A DNA stretch of 64,000 nucleotides from Mobula hypostoma. Lineage: Eukaryota. The notes under the pieces are model-generated. The model made no database searches, was not told the origin of the DNA, and saw only the letters and a program-made list of their open reading frames with translations. Positions 61,700-64,000 of the stretch are shown here, piece by piece. Made by a program: the position numbers and the translations under genes. How positions within the stretch are numbered: position 1 is the first letter of the stretch; each line of letters begins with the position of its first letter. The stretch spans positions 18,538,001-18,602,000 of the forward strand of contig NC_086106.1 in NCBI RefSeq assembly GCF_963921235.1, in the 5' to 3' direction.

Positions 61700-63995
61700 A
61701 AAATATTCTCCAGACTGTCAATAACTCCAAGTAATGTAAACACAGTCTGTCTGGTCTTGGTCACTGTCAGACAGTCATTGAGTCATAGAAAGCAGGCACA
61801 TCTATTCACTGCCAAGCCATTTAAACTGCCAGGTCCCATTGACTTGCACCTGGACCATATCCCTCCATATCCCTCCCATCCATGCACCTATCCAAACTTC
61901 TCTTAAAAGTTGAAATTGAGCTTGCATGCACCACTTGCTCTGGCAGCTCATTCCACACTCTCACAAACCTCTGTGAAGAAGTTTCCCCTCATGTTCCTTT
62001 TAAACATTTCATCTTTCATCCTTAATGCATGATCTCTAGTTGTGCACTCAGCCAACCTCAGCGGAAAAAGCCTACTTGCATTTATGCTGTCTATACCCCC
62101 TGATAATTTTGTATATCACTATCAAATCTTCCCCCCAATCTTCTATGCTCCAAGGAATAAAGTCTTTACCTATGCAATCTTTCCTTATAACTCAAGTTCT
62201 CCAGTCCTGGTAGCATACTTTTAAACTTTCTCTGTACTCTTTCAACCTTATTTACATCTTTCCAGTAGGTAAGTGACCAAAACTGCATATAATACTGCAA
62301 ATTATGCCTCACCAATGTCTTGTACAACTTAAACATAACATCCACCTCCCAAGTAAATACAGATGCAAAAAAATCCATTGAAGATTTCCCCATCCCTTTT
62401 GTCTCCATGCATAGATTACCATTCTGATCTTCGAGAGAACCAATTTTGTCCTTTGCAACCATTATGCTCTTAACGTATCTGTAGAATCCCTTAGGATTCT
62501 CCTTCATTTTGTCTGCTCGGGCAACCTCGTCCATTCTTTTAGCCCTTCTTATTTCTTTTTAGGTATTTTCTTGCATTTTTTACACTCCATAAGTACCTCA
62601 TTTGTTCATACCTGCCTATACCTGCTGTTCACTTCCTTTTTCTTCTTAATCAGGGCTTCACTATCTCTTGAAGACCAAGACTCCCTAAACCTGTCATCAT
62701 TGCCTTTTATTCTGACAGGCACATACAAGCAATGTGCTCTCAAAATTTCACTTTTGAAGGCTTCTCACTTACCAAGTACACCTTTGCCAGAAAACAGCCT
62801 GTCCCAATTCACGCTTACCAGATCCTTTCTGATACCATCAAAATTGGCCTTTCTCCAATTTAGAATCTGAACCTGGGAACCAGATCTATCTTTTTCCCTA
62901 TTTATTTTGGAACTAATGGCATTATGATCAGTAGATGCAAAGTGTTCCCGTATACAATCTTCTGTCACCTGCCCTGTCTCATTCCTGAATAAGAAATCAA
63001 GTATTGCACACACTCTGTTGGAATTTCTGTGTACTGATTAATGAAACTTTCTTGAATACGTTTGATAGACTCCATCCCTTTTGTAGTCTGGATGTCCAAG
63101 TCAATATGTGGAAAGTTGAAATCACCTACTATCACCACCTTATTGTTTCTTGCAAAAGTCTGTGATCTCCCGACAAATTTGTACCTCTGAATCCTGCAGA
63201 CTGTTGGGTGGTCTATAATATAGCCCCATTAATGTGGTCATACCTTTCTTATTCCTCATTTCCACCCATAAAGCCTCACTAGAGGAGTTCTCCAGTCTCT
63301 CCTGACTGAACACTGCCGTGACGATTTCTCTGACTGGTTACACCATCCCTCCCCTCTTTAATCCCTCCTGCACTGACGTGTCTAAAACAATGGAACCCTG
63401 GAACATTGAGCTGCCAGTCCTGCCTCTCCTGCAACCAAGTCTCACTAATGACTACAATATCATAATTCCATGCGTTGATCTGTGACATGAGCTCATTTGG
63501 CTTTCCTACAATACTTCTTGCATTGAAATATACACAGCTCAAAACATTACTCACACCATGCTCAACTTTTTAATTCCTACCATCTGATTCCACAACCTCT
63601 CCACTATTTGTCCTAACACTCTGGTTCTCATCCCCTGTAACTCTAGTTTAACCGACCCCCACCCCCGCCATGCAGAATGAGCAACCTGCCCGTGAGGATA
63701 TTAGTCCCCTTCTGTACAAATGCAAACAGTCTGCCCTGACAAACAGATGTTTAACTGCGCCATTGCAACAGAACAGTTCCCAACAATGATATGTTTCGTT
63801 TAGTTAGCGACACACATGCACCAGATGAGGAGCAGCAATGTTAGTGGGGACAAGGAGCCCTCAAACAGTGATCCGACATCTTTGACACAAAGATATTGTC
63901 TGGTCAGTGGTTTCAACTCTCAACTCCTTGTCAGATAGCCGTAGGTTCTAATTTCTCTGACCATTAGTTGACAGCTGATCATTGGGACACCCTAA
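61700..63995 (+). repeat. Segmental duplication block, copy in cluster 2 (paralog 5060-7965)
   Basis: Shares both unique flanks and the CR1 insertion with 5060-7965. Confidence 0.85.
61790..63720 (-). mobile_element. CR1-type LINE, internally deleted; paralog of 5140-7690
   Basis: ORFs 63279-63554, 62765-63013 and 62166-62534. Confidence 0.85.
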
Positions 63996-64000
63996 GTGGG

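Overview
Eukaryotic, repeat-dense DNA from a cartilaginous fish. The repeat families suggest a ray (inference). The window holds parts of two tandem IgW (omega/IgX) heavy-chain miniloci, both on the minus strand. Cluster 1 (about 8.0-23.9 kb) reads: leader, VH, a germline-joined D-like segment with a 12-RSS, a 23-RSS plus JH, a decayed CH1 relic, CH2, the Cys-rich short secretory exon, CH3, CH4, CH5, and CH6 with the long tailpiece. Its VH has a +1 frameshift in FR1, and CH2 begins with a 3 x 27-bp Pro/Thr/Ser hinge-like repeat. Cluster 2 (55.7-64 kb) contributes a diverged CH3-like/CH4-like exon pair and a TM1 exon. That pair lies downstream of a block which in cluster 1 sits 3' of the CH6 tailpiece, so it may be a membrane-form-specific duplicate. 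The rest is CR1, Rex/Babar-like, RTE and Penelope-like retroelements, SINEs, solo LTRs, and Gypsy, Tc1 and Chapaev-like fragments. A young palindromic insertion carrying two minimal hammerhead ribozyme motifs sits in the J-C intron. Ig exon, RSS and hairpin boundaries were read base by base. Most repeat boundaries are approximate. Family assignments come from remembered motifs, not from database searches.
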